This document shows, piece by piece, positions 1-12,010 of a stretch of 64,000 nt of DNA (position 1 is its first letter; each line of letters starts with the position of its first letter). The stretch is from Pseudogymnoascus verrucosus. Taxonomy: Eukaryota. The stretch lies in the NCBI GenBank assembly GCA_001662655.1, contig KV460281.1. One strand, 5' to 3'. The position numbers and the translations under genes are program-made. The notes below the pieces were generated by a model. The model was given only the letters and a program-made list of their open reading frames with translations. It did no database searches and had not been told where the DNA came from.

Positions 1-1243
1 TTAAGTAAGAGAGAACATTCTATGGTTCGTACGGAACTAGCCCTATAGCTCGGAATCCGCCCTTAATGTTCTGCTCTGTAAATGTAGCTTTGAATGCTTC
101 TTTGAATGCAGAGAGGAACTCGAGCTTTGTGATGTAGTTTAGCCGGTTTCGTACGAAGGTTTCAATCTGCTTTCTGTACGAGAGCTTTAGTGGTGCAAAG
201 CAGCTCACATCAAGAGGCTAAAGAATATGTAACGAGTGTGGTGGCATACAGAGGGTAATTATCTTCCGTTCTGTGCAGTAGTGTTGAAATTGAGCAGAGA
301 GGTAGCTCTCATGCCCATTAAGAATAAGAAGGCGATAGGTTCCGACTATACAAGCATTTGTATGTCGATCGAAATGTTGAATCCACTCGTACCTAATTGA
401 ATTTAAAGTCCACCCATTCTCACTTAGCGTAATCACCTAGTCTTCTAGTAATCCTGAGTCCTCGTACCAAGCAGAGAGGTGATTCTGTGCTTTGAAAATG
501 ATAAATGGCGGAAGGGCCCATCCGTACGAATTAACACCTTAGATAATTGACACCCACTCTCTATTCCCTGGCTGTATAGTCTTTAGACGACTTTTTGCTT
601 CCGAGCTTGTAACTACCTTTGTAGTAGCAATAACTCCCATTGCAAAACCTGCTTCATCAAAGTTGTAGATATCTTACTCTAAGATTCCGTATTTTACAAC
701 TGTGTTTCATACAAGGGAGAACCACCCTTTAATTATCTTAGGATCTTCGCATTTTGCTCGTTTATAGTCGTACTTCCGACTAAACTTCGATTTGATTTCT
801 ATACGACGCTTTATAAAGCTAGTAGCCTAGTTTATCCCAATAGGGCTCTTGCCTCGTTCAGAGAGTAGAAGGTCTACCATTTCTTGCACAGCTTGTGGCC
901 GGGGTGGAAACCCACGTGAATCTAGGTCAAGGATATATTGAACAAGAGCTGACTCTTCGTACAAAGTTAATTTTCGTGAGTTAGGAGTAGAGTCGCGTCG
1001 AGAAGTAACACCGTTAAGTCGTGCACGGAGCGACTCAAATGGGACGTCGTACGACATTGCAGCAGCTCGAATACTCTTAATATTGCCTTCTTTAAGTGCT
1101 GTAATAGCTAATAGTATTCTACCCTCTTGATTAGAGGATTGGTCTTGTGTTGGTTGTGGCATTGTTAACTACAGATAGGTTGACGCGTTTTGGTGTTTTG
1201 GTGACCCGCTCGCTCGTGTGACCCGCTCGCCCGTGAAATACGT
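1..1243 (-). mobile_element. Fot1/pogo-family (Tc1/mariner) DNA transposon, 5' part, RIP-inactivated; runs off the window edge
   Basis: Minus-strand fragments give HTH-psq/CENP-B-like (SIRAAAMSYDVP, RKLTLYEESALVQYILDLDSRGFPP) and DDE_1 motifs (NFDEAGF, SENGWT, LLILNGHESY, PPHSLHIL*PLDVSCFAPLK). ATG at 1162. The element end reads ACGTATTTCACGGG on the minus strand, with TA at 1244-1245. Confidence 0.95.
1200..1243 (-). repeat. Terminal inverted repeat of the Fot1-like element, with an internal 13-bp direct repeat
   Basis: GTGACCCGCTCGC at 1201-1213 and 1218-1230; terminal ACGT at 1240-1243 followed by a TA target site. The partner TIR is outside the window. Confidence 0.8.
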
Positions 1244-1391
1244 TAGATGTAATTGAAATAAACTGGGTGATATATGTTGTGATAAATGCCAAACAGAGGA
1301 CAGCAAATCTTTCTTTAATTAGTACAACATGCTTTTAGATAAATCCACACCACTCCCACTCTCGGCATCATACAAACAAACCACACGAAGG

Positions 1392-2705
1392 TCAAGCGAC
1401 CGGCGCCACCTTCCCATGGGCCTTAATATGCGCCGTATGCATGTCTGCCACAGCCGGGATGATCAAGCCCTCAATTTCGATCTCCGGCTCGCCCATCAAG
1501 TCCGCTGGGTCACTCGGGTGCTCTCTCTCATTCTCAATCGGATCCGCTACGCCCAATTTATCACCCACCGTCAGCAGCGCTGCCTTCCCCGTCCAATCTT
1601 TCACTCCGGTCCCTCTCCTCTGCCGTGGGACACGGATCCACTCTTCGCGCATGCGCGACCCCTCTACCGCGCGGTCCTTGCTCACAAACACCACCTCCCA
1701 CTTACGCGTGCTAAGCAGGTTACCAATAACCAGGTGGTGCTGGTAGCGCTCAAGACTGTACTCGGCCTTGTGAACAAGAATGTCGGGGTCAGTCTCGAGC
1801 TTGAAGGAGACGATCATGCCTTCAGGTGCCCATCCATCGACGAGGTTCTTGAGGAACTTCGGGACGGGGTCTAGATCGACTATCAGCCGCTTGGATCGCG
1901 GCACACGCGGTGATGAGTCAAAGTTGTCGAAGACTTCATCTTCGGAACCGGGGGAGTCGTTGGTGATATCGAGGGGAGAGGCGGTGGGGCCTGGGGAGCG
2001 ATCCACAATGCCGAGGTTGGAGACTTCGGGGGATGCTGGGGCGCGGTTCTTGACAGCGTCGGTGGATTGGATTTTGTGCTCGACCATGCGGGTGGGGGGG
2101 ACGAAGAAGTCGGATACGGCAGCGGCGAGGTATAGGAGGCCGTGGGCGCCGAGGGGGCGCATTAACTGGCTCACAGAGCGTAGGATAAAGAGGTAGTCGG
2201 TGATGGTCGTGAATGGAAGGGTGAGAAGAAGGTTCTTGGCCTTGGCGGCGTTGTATTTGCGGAGTACGTGGACCATTTTGTCCTGGTGCTCCTGGTTCGC
2301 GACGACAGTCCCGTCCGCGGACTCAGAAAGGAAGTCGAGGAAGCAGTCGGTAGCATGGGAGTAGTGCCGCGAGTACGGCAGCAGGGAGAATTGGCGGTGC
2401 AGGAAGATAACCGCGTACCCCGCCTCGAGAAAGTATTCGGCCGACGTGGCACCGCGAGTACCAGCGCTGAAGTTGTCGATAAAGCGCACCGTCTGGCGCT
2501 CGAGGGGAACAGTAGTGCCTCCGGAGGTTATCAAGACGACGCGGTTATTGGAAGCAGCATGGTATTCGATGAATTCTTGAGCTAGCTTGGAATGAGTCTC
2601 AAGCTGCTTTGGTGGAGGGTTGTCGGAGAAGTAGTCGTACTCGGCGCGCTGTGCAGTGTTCGAGCGAGAGATGCGCGGCCGTTGAGATGCGCCTGGGAGG
2701 GACAT
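1392..2705 (-). CDS. cab2: Phosphopantothenate--cysteine ligase (PPCS, CoA biosynthesis)
   Basis: 437-aa intronless ORF with VLITSGGTTVPLE, VRFIDNFSAGTRGATSAEYFL, YLAAAVSDFF, SFKLETD and VIGNLLSTRK. Confidence 0.95.
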   Translation of the reverse strand: MSLPGASQRPRISRSNTAQRAEYDYFSDNPPPKQLETHSKLAQEFIEYHAASNNRVVLITSGGTTVPLERQTVRFIDNFSAGTRGATSAEYFLEAGYAVIFLHRQFSLLPYSRHYSHATDCFLDFLSESADGTVVANQEHQDKMVHVLRKYNAAKAKNLLLTLPFTTITDYLFILRSVSQLMRPLGAHGLLYLAAAVSDFFVPPTRMVEHKIQSTDAVKNRAPASPEVSNLGIVDRSPGPTASPLDITNDSPGSEDEVFDNFDSSPRVPRSKRLIVDLDPVPKFLKNLVDGWAPEGMIVSFKLETDPDILVHKAEYSLERYQHHLVIGNLLSTRKWEVVFVSKDRAVEGSRMREEWIRVPRQRRGTGVKDWTGKAALLTVGDKLGVADPIENEREHPSDPADLMGEPEIEIEGLIIPAVADMHTAHIKAHGKVAPVA

Positions 2706-4026
2706 CGTAGACGTGGTTATATGATTGCTCTATTCGTTACAATAGAAGGGGTCGTAGCTAATGTGAAGCTTGTGGATGAGGGGCTTTCAGGAGGAAGTTG
2801 TGAGGGGGTGAGGTTGCTTGGTGGGGTTCCCTTGGCGGGGTCCGAGGCGCCGTCGCGGGGCAGCAAGGTGACAGACAGCTGCTAATAATGGCCACGTTAG
2901 CAATTAGGGGTAAATATGGCTGCAGGAGTTCAGTATTATGAGACTACGAACCTATTCTTTCATAGATATAGACTTTCTCACTGTCTGTGCTGTCGAGTAG
3001 TGCCGGCGGTGAACAGAGGAACGTGGACAAAGGTATGGTATCTGGCAGCCTCGGCTGGACTTTACGGGCCGAAGTCGAGAGCTTCGTTGATACGTCAGGG
3101 AGAAACGGATTGCGGAAAATTATCGGGCCGCATGGGGAGCAACGCCGGATGCATGTCAGAAGGCAAGAACAAGGAGGAGATAAACAGACTTCCCTAATGA
3201 GACCTGCTTTATGACCTATATACACTGGCTTGTTCTGTTGACATTCGAAAATCGTCCCTTCCCTATATGATATATTTATGTCACATCAGGAAGCGACGAT
3301 GCCCTAGCTATATTATTGCTTGCCCTCCTAAATGGGAAATCTATCACGTGATCTAAACATTGGTACCACAGCCAGTCATTTGATTGACTCGAACGACCAG
3401 AATTGACTCTTTATCTGTTTATAAAATGTGCCAAACCCTTTTTGTCGTGAGCAACAGTTAAACCAGACCAGGCTGTAGCCAATTAACCTTCCTCATGTCG
3501 ACGTGACCAAGAAATAACGACAGCCTCGTAATTACCTACCTTTAATCTCACGTCTGCCACTGAAGGGGCAATGGAGACATTTATATCGTCTTTATATCAT
3601 TCCAATAGCTGTATATCAAGTCATTAGTGACAACCTCTAGCAATCCGGCAGATGAGTTACACATAAGGTCCCGTGTTGCTTCCCCCACCCCCCGGATACA
3701 ACGGCAAAATCGGACTGGTTCCGAGTAACTAGCTGGGATCAGGAAGCGGTCTGGCCCAGTGAGAATTGCTTCATTATTGCGTTCCTTACGTTGGACCAAT
3801 CCATGAATCAGTCTCCGCACTGGCTTGCACCGCCTAGTGGTTTCGTGCTGACGCCTTACAAATGTAATGTGCTATAGTTAATGTCGGTCTTCAAATTGTC
3901 TGAGCCCGGTGGCGCTAGCGGTATCGGTATCATCTTTTTACACCGAAATGAATCTCTGACTTATTTCCTTCAACAGTCATTTCTTCTCAATTTTGAACTT
4001 GAAAGGTCATATGTGATGAACTTGCA

Positions 4027-5769
4027 ATGGCTCAAGATGAGCTCTTCCGCGTCGAGACCAACATCCTGCCGAAAGGCAAGTTGGTCGTCGTCTTCGCTGG
4101 CTTAGCTTTCTCGCTACTCATCAGTTTCATTGACCAGAATAGCATTGGTATCGCATTGCCAACAATCGGAGCCGATCTAAACTGTGCCAAGACGATTGCT
4201 TGGGCAGGTACTTCCAGTCTGATAGCAAACACCGTGTTTCAGGTTCTTTATGGCCGGTTCTCTGATATTTTTGGCCGCAAGGTCGTCTTCTTGGGAAGTG
4301 TCGGGCTTCTAGCCTTTGGCGATCTGCTTTGCAGTTTTGCGAAGACGGGGCCGCAGTTGTATGCCTTTAGAGGAATAGCAGGTATTGGAAGCGGTGGGAT
4401 CGGGGCTTTGGCTATGATCATTGTCTCTGATCTCGTGACCCTTGAAGACCGTGGAAAGTGAGTTCCAATGCACACACAATACCTTGTCGCCTTGCACTGA
4501 GTCAATTGCGGGTAGCAGACTAATTTGATATACAGATATCAAGGCATCCTAGGAAGCTGTATAGGCCTTGGAAACACTATAGGACCTTTCCTTGCCGGTG
4601 CATTCGTTGAGAAATCAACATGGCGTGGCCTATTCTGGTGCATCTGCCCATTGGCTATCCTCTCAGGGATAATGGTCGCCTTCATCCTGCCCAAAAGCGT
4701 AGTCACCGGAGACCGAAAAAATAAAGTCCGCGCTATCGACTTCTATGGCATCATCTTCAGCACCAGCGCCATCCTCCTCCTTCTCATCCCAGTTTCCGGC
4801 GGCGGAACGTACTTCCTCTGGGCCTCACCCATGGTGATCTCCATGCTCTCTCTCGGCGGTGTCTGCATGGTGATCTTCATCCTTGTCGAGTGGAAAATCG
4901 CCCTCATGCCCATGATCCAGCTACGTCTCTTCCGCGAGCCTGCCCTCTTCGCTATTCTCATCCAGAATTTTTTGTTCGGCATCGTCTACTACTCTCACAT
5001 GTACTACCTTCCAATCTACTACCAGAACGCGCGCCAGTACTCGCCACTCACGGCTGCTGCTCTTACTATTCCCTTCGTTGCTTCGCAGTCTATCTTCTCC
5101 ATCCTAAGCGGGCAATATGTCTCGCGCTGTAAACGATACGGCGAAGTCATCTGGACGGGCTACACGCTCTGGTTCGTCGCTTCAGGCCTCATTCTCCTAT
5201 TCAACCGCACAATGCCGAAGTGGCAGATCGTCATCATCCTAGTAGTTGAAGGAGCAGGTGTAGGAAACGTCTTCCAGCCCACCCTCGTCGCCGCCCAGGC
5301 TCACAGCCGCAAACACGACCGCGCCGTTGTCATCTCTCTCCGCAACTTCCTCCGCTCGCTCGGTGGCGCCATTGGCCTTGCTCTCTCAGCTTCCGTCTTC
5401 TCAAACTCGCTGACTAAGAAAATCTCGGCGTCCACTACGATCCCAATGAGCTTCCGAGACTCGATTCTGGAATCTACGTTGAGTGTTCCAAACATGAGCT
5501 CGCTAACGGAGACGCAGAGGGATGAGGTCCTGGACGCCTATCTCGCGGGTTCAAGGAGCGTGTTTATTATGTGGGTGCCGCTAATGGGGGCGTGCTTTCT
5601 GCTCTGCTTTTTGATCAAGGATAGAGGACTTACGAGGCCGGAGGAAAAAGAGGCCAGTGCGGAAAGCGGTCTTGTGACCCCCCGAGTAGAAGATAATATT
5701 GAGTTGAAAGAAGCCAATAAAGCGGCAGGGAAAGAACATGACGACCTACTTGCGGGGGCGAAGGTGTAG
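4027..5769 (+). CDS. MFS drug:H+ antiporter (14-TM, DHA2-like)
   Basis: Exons 4027-4457 and 4536-5769 (GTGAGT...CTAAT...CAG). Motif A YGRFSDIFGRK, WRGLFW and many TM segments. Confidence 0.92.
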
Positions 5770-6657
5770 TAAACACCCAAGCCTAATTGCCAAATTATAG
5801 GGGAAGCCAGGCCATATCGACGCCGCAACAGCAGATAATTTGCTACGGACGTCTAGCACCCTATGATCCAGCGGAGGTGGACAGTCTCACCAGCGACTGC
5901 GATTCCTCAACCATTTTTTTTGCAAATGGTATCGAATCGGCTCGCATACCCTGCGTGCGCTGTAGTCGGGGTGATTACTCCGAAATTTGTGTCTAATTGG
6001 CATCAAAGATTGCTGGAGATAGTTTACCCCACTCGATCAAACGCCGCGAAATACCGAGTGCGGGTTACCCCGCACTGTAAGGTGATACGGCATAAGGAAA
6101 CAACGTTGGAGGTGGCCAGTTATAATGTTCACTGGATACTGAACATCTTCAAGGATATTTCATTCTAATGCTGAATATAGCTTATTGGCAGCGGGGGATT
6201 ATAGTTACCTTCCACTCTTTATCAGTGGGGAGCATTTGGCCTTCAATATAGACCCCTCTAGTCCTCTTGCTATAAACCTCAATATTTTCATATTTAACGG
6301 TAGATAGATAAACTAGAAAGGTTATGCTTTGCATTTACAAAAATATCCAGATATATTTGCTATCTTGTCATGGTTTGGACGTTGGAAATTCAAATCAAAA
6401 TGCGGAGTGGAACGGATAGGTTGTCAAACATTACGTACAAATAAAACTACAAAGCAAACTCTCTTCAAATACAGATACATTATGCATTGTTCTATATACA
6501 ATTGATCGACAAAGTCAGTTGAAAGGACTTCTGCGGGTTCAACGCCTCGAGTCTAACACACTTGGCATCGGTCTGACTCACTACCATCGCCGGCCTATAA
6601 TTGACGCCGACAACCTCATCGTACATAACAAAACCCACCAACCACGACAAGACAACC

Positions 6658-7513
6658 ATGGAGTCCCCCAAACCCACCAGACAAATCACTTCCGTTGGCA
6701 CCGTTGAGCTCTACAACCGCTGGGCGAAAGTATGGTCTACCCCCCCTTCCCCCCCCACCAATGCTCCCTTACACTCAACCCCAACACTAACAAATCCCCT
6801 AGGTCTACGACACCGACGGCAACATCCTCCAGACAACCGACGACCTCTGCCTACCCCCTCTCCTCACTCACTTCCTCTCTCTCCTCCCCTCCAGAAATGC
6901 CAAAATCACCGAGCTAGGCTGCGGCACCGGCCGTAACACCGCTAAGCTCCTACTCCCCCTTTCCAGCACCAACATATCATCCGTCCAGGCCCTCGATCTC
7001 TCTCTTTCCATGCTCGACATCGCACGGCAGCGCTGCTCTGTCATCACTACTGGTAGCACCGCGCCCATTCTCTCCACGGGATTCCACGTCTTCGACGCGC
7101 TATCAGGCGCGGGGCCGCCGGTGGAGGCTTGCGGTGCGGAGGGCGTGTTATCAACGCTTGTGCTTGAGCATTTACCCCTTATCGTATTTTTCGAGTCTGT
7201 AAAGAAACTTCTCAAGAAGGAGGGAGGGTACTTGTTGGTAACTAATATGCATGAGGAGATGGGGAGGAGGGGCCAGGCGGGGTTTGTGGATGTGGAGAGT
7301 GGGGAGAAGGTTAGAGGGGTGAGTTTTGTTTATAGTATTGAGGAGGTGGTCGAGGAGGGGAGGAAGTTGGGTTTTGAGGTTGTGGGGGAGGTGGGAGAGA
7401 GGGCTGTAGCTGAGGAGGATTTGGAGGTGTTGGGGGATAGAGGGAGGAAATGGGTAGGTTGTAAGGTATGGTTTGGAGGAGTGTTTAGGTATGTGGGTGG
7501 AAAGGGGGAGTAA
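6658..7513 (+). CDS. Class I SAM-dependent methyltransferase
   Basis: Exons 6658-6729 and 6803-7513 (GTATGG...CTAAC...TAG). Spliced product LYNRWAKVYDTDGNILQ, motif I ELGCGTGRNT, LDLSLSML, STLVLEHLP. Confidence 0.9.
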
Positions 7514-7878
7514 GCGTGCCACGGTGCGTTATGGGTTGAGGGTGTAGATGAAGTATAATAGAGGTGTTAAGACAACTGCATATTCAAGACTGAAGCTGTT
7601 CACTCTCGAAATATGTAATCGACTTTGAATGTCTTGATATTACCTCAGGCTCTGCTAATTTCTACCTAGAAATAGGAAATCCCATATCCACATTGCTCCA
7701 TTTATCCATCTGATACATACTATATCTGCCAATATATTCATCCAGCATATAAGAGGTCTAGAGAACGACTCCAACCCGACCACTGATTATAAAATCTCTC
7801 GATCAGATCCAAAAGCTCACCCTGTCTATTAACCATTCATCCAGCGAAGAAACGATGAAACGATATCATCTTGTCTCT

Positions 7879-9266
7879 CTACTCCCCCTTAGCTTTAAGC
7901 TCCATGGAATCCGGATTGGCAATATCATCCATCCCATTTTCGCTCTTCTCGATATCAGAGGCCCATAGCGCGGCGCCAACTATGAAGTGATTAGCGTTTT
8001 TTACTTTGAGAACTAAGTTAAGAACTCACCTGTGTTTGTGAACGAGAAGAAAATCGACGCAATTGGGACCATCTCCAGCAGCGAAGCAACAATGCCGAAC
8101 CTTCAAAACAGTCAGCTGAAAATCCATATCCGCGTGGGGGGTAACTACTCACGCAGTGTAAGGGCCGGCGTTATCTTGCACAAACTTATTCTGGCTGGAA
8201 GCACTCATCTTCTTGAGTTGGAAATACTATCACATATTAGCAATTGACCTGGAAACCCCAAGAATCCAATGGACTGCTCTTACGCGTGAGTGTGCATCTG
8301 GACAAGTGCGTTAGTACTATTCACATCCCTAATGGCGATTTCGACTTACATGTTCCGCGGCCTCTGCCCTGTAGGATTAGGAACGTGATTGTTCCCACTA
8401 CTGGAATGAAGTTGAGCGGTAGATACATGACGTATCTGCGTCTATTAGCTTCTGCCTCAATCCTTACAAAAGTGAAAATCGCACCTGATAATTGCCTTCG
8501 GCGTAAAGTTGTGGAACGGGTTTTTAATGGTAGCACCAAGCTTCGGGCCCGTCAGCATGCATACATAGCGAGAAAGAGGGGCCTGTTAATACATACCCGG
8601 CTGATCGGATCGGTGCTCTTGTTGAGTTTACGTCCACCAGACACCAATACATCCTCGTTCTTGGTCAAGAGGACGGCATCGAAGGTGTCGTCAAGAGCTT
8701 CGCGGATCAGGAATGACCTGGCGAGCATGTTGATGATAGTCGAGCTCTCGCTGAGGATGAGCAAGATCGCTGAGAACGGAGCCAGTGGTCCGCTGGTAAA
8801 GAATAGAATCGTGACTGGGTACTGTTAGAATACACCGGAGGTAAAATATTGGGCAAGTATCACATACCTTGGGGGATATAGGTGAAGATGAACATGAAGG
8901 ACACCACGGAAACCGACAAGGTCAAGGTGGAGAGGAGACGGGAGGTAAATGGCTTCCTGCATCGGTATGCATCAGTACTGGTAATTAACACATGCTCGTG
9001 CAACCTACCATAGATTTCGGTGATACACGAAGTAAAAAATACCCTGCGAACAGTCAGATTGGCCCAATGACACTGCGGCTAGTCACTCACCTTGATGGGG
9101 TACCAGAACGAGCCAGAGCTGGCCGTCTTGAAAGCAAGTTCCTTAGCCCTCGAGATATCCTCCGCCCTGTTAAAATATAAGTATCAAATGCATTCCATTC
9201 CAAACCAGTGCATTGAACATACGCGATCTCCTTGGCCTTGGCCGTTGACCTCTCCACAAAAGACAT
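7879..9266 (-). CDS. EI24/Rrt8(Lds)-like multi-pass membrane protein, multi-exon
   Basis: Minus-strand exons encode YLYPIK, ILSESSTII...LIREALDDTFDAVL, YLPLNFIPVVGT and VGAALWASDIE, separated by short GT-AG introns. Start MSFVERS at 9266. Confidence 0.78.
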
Positions 9267-9822
9267 ATTTGCAGCTTATAATATTCTGAAGCTTGGTAAA
9301 TTGTCAACGCGTCTGTGTGTTTCAGGCCGGAGAATTTATGAACTTTATATAGTGTGAAGAAAGTTGAGCTCGCTGCAGATCACACGGTGCCATCACCTGT
9401 GCGCATAGGCCTATACGTCATGGGTTGGGCTAGAATAACCATGGCCATAGGGCATCGGTGCGACTATTCGCCGGCAACCCTCCTTGAAAAAGTGCGGTTC
9501 AGGGACACCCTTGATACCATCATCGTGATAGCGCCACGGCTTGGAGATTGCTGGGATGAAAGTGAGCATGTGCGCAAAAGAGAAATCCAACGAAGAAAGA
9601 GTATTGTACAAGTATGTGCTTTGTATTTGTATAATATCATAAACACAGTGACGTGACAGGCACTTCGGACTATGTATACAGTCTAAATGAATTATCTCAT
9701 CATCCCCAGTAGTATCCAAAATAAACTCCTAGCCAAAATGAGACCCGTCCAACTTCTCGGAATATCGCAAAATTATAAATCGGTATCCAAGTCACCCTTC
9801 TCCCCCATCACTCCAGCGACAT

Positions 9823-11082
9823 TTACGGGTCATACTTCGTCATCTCCTCGCACTTGTAATCCGGCAGACTCTCCGTGTGATTCCACCACTCCCACCCCTT
9901 CGGATCCCCCATCCCATTCCCGCGACTAATCTTCGCCTCAAACTGCTCCCTGCTCTTCGACGCAAAATGGTGCACCGAGATGCGATCCCTCGTAATCGGC
10001 ACGCGCCATGCGAAGCGGTCCACGTTATCGCCGTTTTCGCCCACCGTACGCGCCCCGTCCTTGAGCTCGAACTTATGAGGGTTGAGCGGCCTGTTGTACG
10101 ACTTCGTCTTGACAATCGTCTTGATGTGCTCGTTCTCCTTGCCGAATCCCGGGTCGTGGCCAGGGTTGTCGTAGTTCTCGATGCAGGTCACGAAGGACTT
10201 GCGCGAGGAGGCGGGTCGCTTCAAGAGGCCAGACGAGGTGTGGATCTGCCAGTTGATGGCGAGCGCGCCGATCTTCTCGTCGCTGTCGAGCTCCTTGAGC
10301 ATGCCGTGCAGAGTGTCCTTGCCGCGAGTTTCAAGGAACTCGTCGGCATCGAGAAAGGCCATCCACTTATGCTTGTGTCCGAAGAGCGCGATGCACTCAT
10401 CGTAGGCGACGAGTTGTTGGTGCTTAAATAGGCGAGTCGCGGGGTGGTAGTAGCGGTGGGTAATGGCCTTCGGGTCGACCGCGCTGCTGAAGTTCAGCGT
10501 GGCAAGCACTGGCGTGGACCCGTCATCCATCAGATAGAATCGTCGGACATTATGGTGGTGGTAGTGGTGCGTCAACCACTCGAGGAGATCGAGGTACTGG
10601 TCCTTGACCGAAACGCAGATCGCGAGATATTCGTCTTTATCGCCCGAGTCGAAAGGCGCGGGTGTAAATGTTGTTTCGGGCGCTGCTGGCGCTGTCGGTT
10701 CTGCTGGGGTTTCCTTATTCGCGCCAGCCACCGCGGCCGCTCCAGCATCCGCATAAAACTCGCCGCCGCTCGGTTTGGCATCCGCAGGCTTCGTAGCAGA
10801 TGTAGGTTTGGGGTCAGCCGGCTTGCTGTCTCCCGCCACCAACGGCGCAGGGGGTTTCGCCAATTCGGGGGCCGTCTTCCCAACATCTACGGGCGCATTG
10901 CCTTCGGGCACCTTAGCCGGCTCGCTGACGGCGCTATGCTCTTTGTCGGGGACATTGTAGGACGAATATGAATTCCGTAGCGTGTCGTCGATAAAGATGA
11001 AGTGAAGCGCTGTCAACACGACGAGTACGAGGACCACGTTGCGCCAGCGTATCGTGCTAATCATGTCTCCCAATTTTGCCAT
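9823..11082 (-). CDS. Type II membrane glycosyltransferase, GT-A fold (GT92/DUF23 or GT2_4-like)
   Basis: N-terminal TM helix, Pro/Ala-rich stem, then YLAICVSVKD..LLEWLTHH, FYLMDDGS, WMAFLDADEF (DxD) and HHFASKSREQF. Intronless. Confidence 0.85.
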   Translation of the reverse strand: MAKLGDMISTIRWRNVVLVLVVLTALHFIFIDDTLRNSYSSYNVPDKEHSAVSEPAKVPEGNAPVDVGKTAPELAKPPAPLVAGDSKPADPKPTSATKPADAKPSGGEFYADAGAAAVAGANKETPAEPTAPAAPETTFTPAPFDSGDKDEYLAICVSVKDQYLDLLEWLTHHYHHHNVRRFYLMDDGSTPVLATLNFSSAVDPKAITHRYYHPATRLFKHQQLVAYDECIALFGHKHKWMAFLDADEFLETRGKDTLHGMLKELDSDEKIGALAINWQIHTSSGLLKRPASSRKSFVTCIENYDNPGHDPGFGKENEHIKTIVKTKSYNRPLNPHKFELKDGARTVGENGDNVDRFAWRVPITRDRISVHHFASKSREQFEAKISRGNGMGDPKGWEWWNHTESLPDYKCEEMTKYDP

Positions 11083-11137
11083 CACGCCAAGACAGCTGTC
11101 ATGAGGGGCTTGACCGGCGAAGGGGCGAAGCGTGTGT

Positions 11138-11210
11138 TGTATGTGCTATATGTGCTGTATGTGCTGTATGTGTCGTATATGCTGTATATGGTATATGTCG
11201 TGTATATATA
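11138..11210. repeat. Degenerate 9-bp tandem repeat (TATGTGCTG-like) just upstream of the glycosyltransferase
   Basis: tgtatgtgctatatgtgctgtatgtgctgtatgtgtcgtatatgctgtatatgg... Confidence 0.7.
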
Positions 11211-12010
11211 GTCGCTGTCTTGAATGGAAAAGCAATGAAAACGCGACAAAAAGGAGAACTTGAGGGGATTGTGAGGAATCGAGGGATAGTCGAAGGTGGA
11301 AATGAATTTGGCTATCAACCCCTGCAAGGCTGGTGGGTTGGTCGTCTGGTGGTTGTGTGTCCCCTTAAAGGTGCGTACCAAAGTCCCAGTTCAGTCCCCA
11401 TGGTGGGTGAGTGTAGTAGTGACCTGGTACTTCGTACACTGGGTGGCGGTTAATCAGCGCTAAGAGCAATAACCATGTGGACTCTAATCAGATCCAATGA
11501 ATATCCAAACCCGTCAAGTGAATCGTCATGGCTGCCTACATAGGTTACGTAGAAATTTACTTTGTGTTTGAGACACAAAAAATGCTTGGTTAATGCGTGA
11601 TACCTAAACTATTTGTGGGTATGCTGTTCTGTAGATTGGCCTACTATTATGCAGCTTTGTCATCGGAGTACAGGAAAGAGCATCCTCCCAGGGGCAGTGT
11701 AGGCCTTTTATGTGGAGTCGAACGGTCTTGATCGCAAAGAATTCTCATTTTATGGATCGATCAACGTTGCGGATAATAGGATTAACAGATAAAAAACAAA
11801 TAGGGTCATCAAATGGATCATTAATGCTGGAGATGTATTACTTGGTGATGGATTACTAAGGTTCGCATGACACCACTGAGCGGAAAGTTACAAAACATGA
11901 CGCCTCCCAAAAGACTCCCCTTCCGATGCCAACCAGAACAGCCTCCTCTTCGATGTAGGTACAATCAAGAACAACGCCAGACACTCATTACCGATCATAA
12001 CGCAGAGGAT

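Noticed and set aside
1329..2885. Plus-strand ORFs overlapping cab2, and similar antisense ORFs over the GT, RING ligase, importer and ABC genes
   Set aside because: Shadow frames of GC-rich coding sequence with no recognisable motifs.
2916..3225. Short overlapping ORFs upstream of cab2
   Set aside because: No recognisable domain, and stop codons interrupt the most protein-like frame.
11485..11493. TAATCAGAT upstream of the glycosyltransferase as an SreA site
   Set aside because: A single imperfect match, expected by chance.
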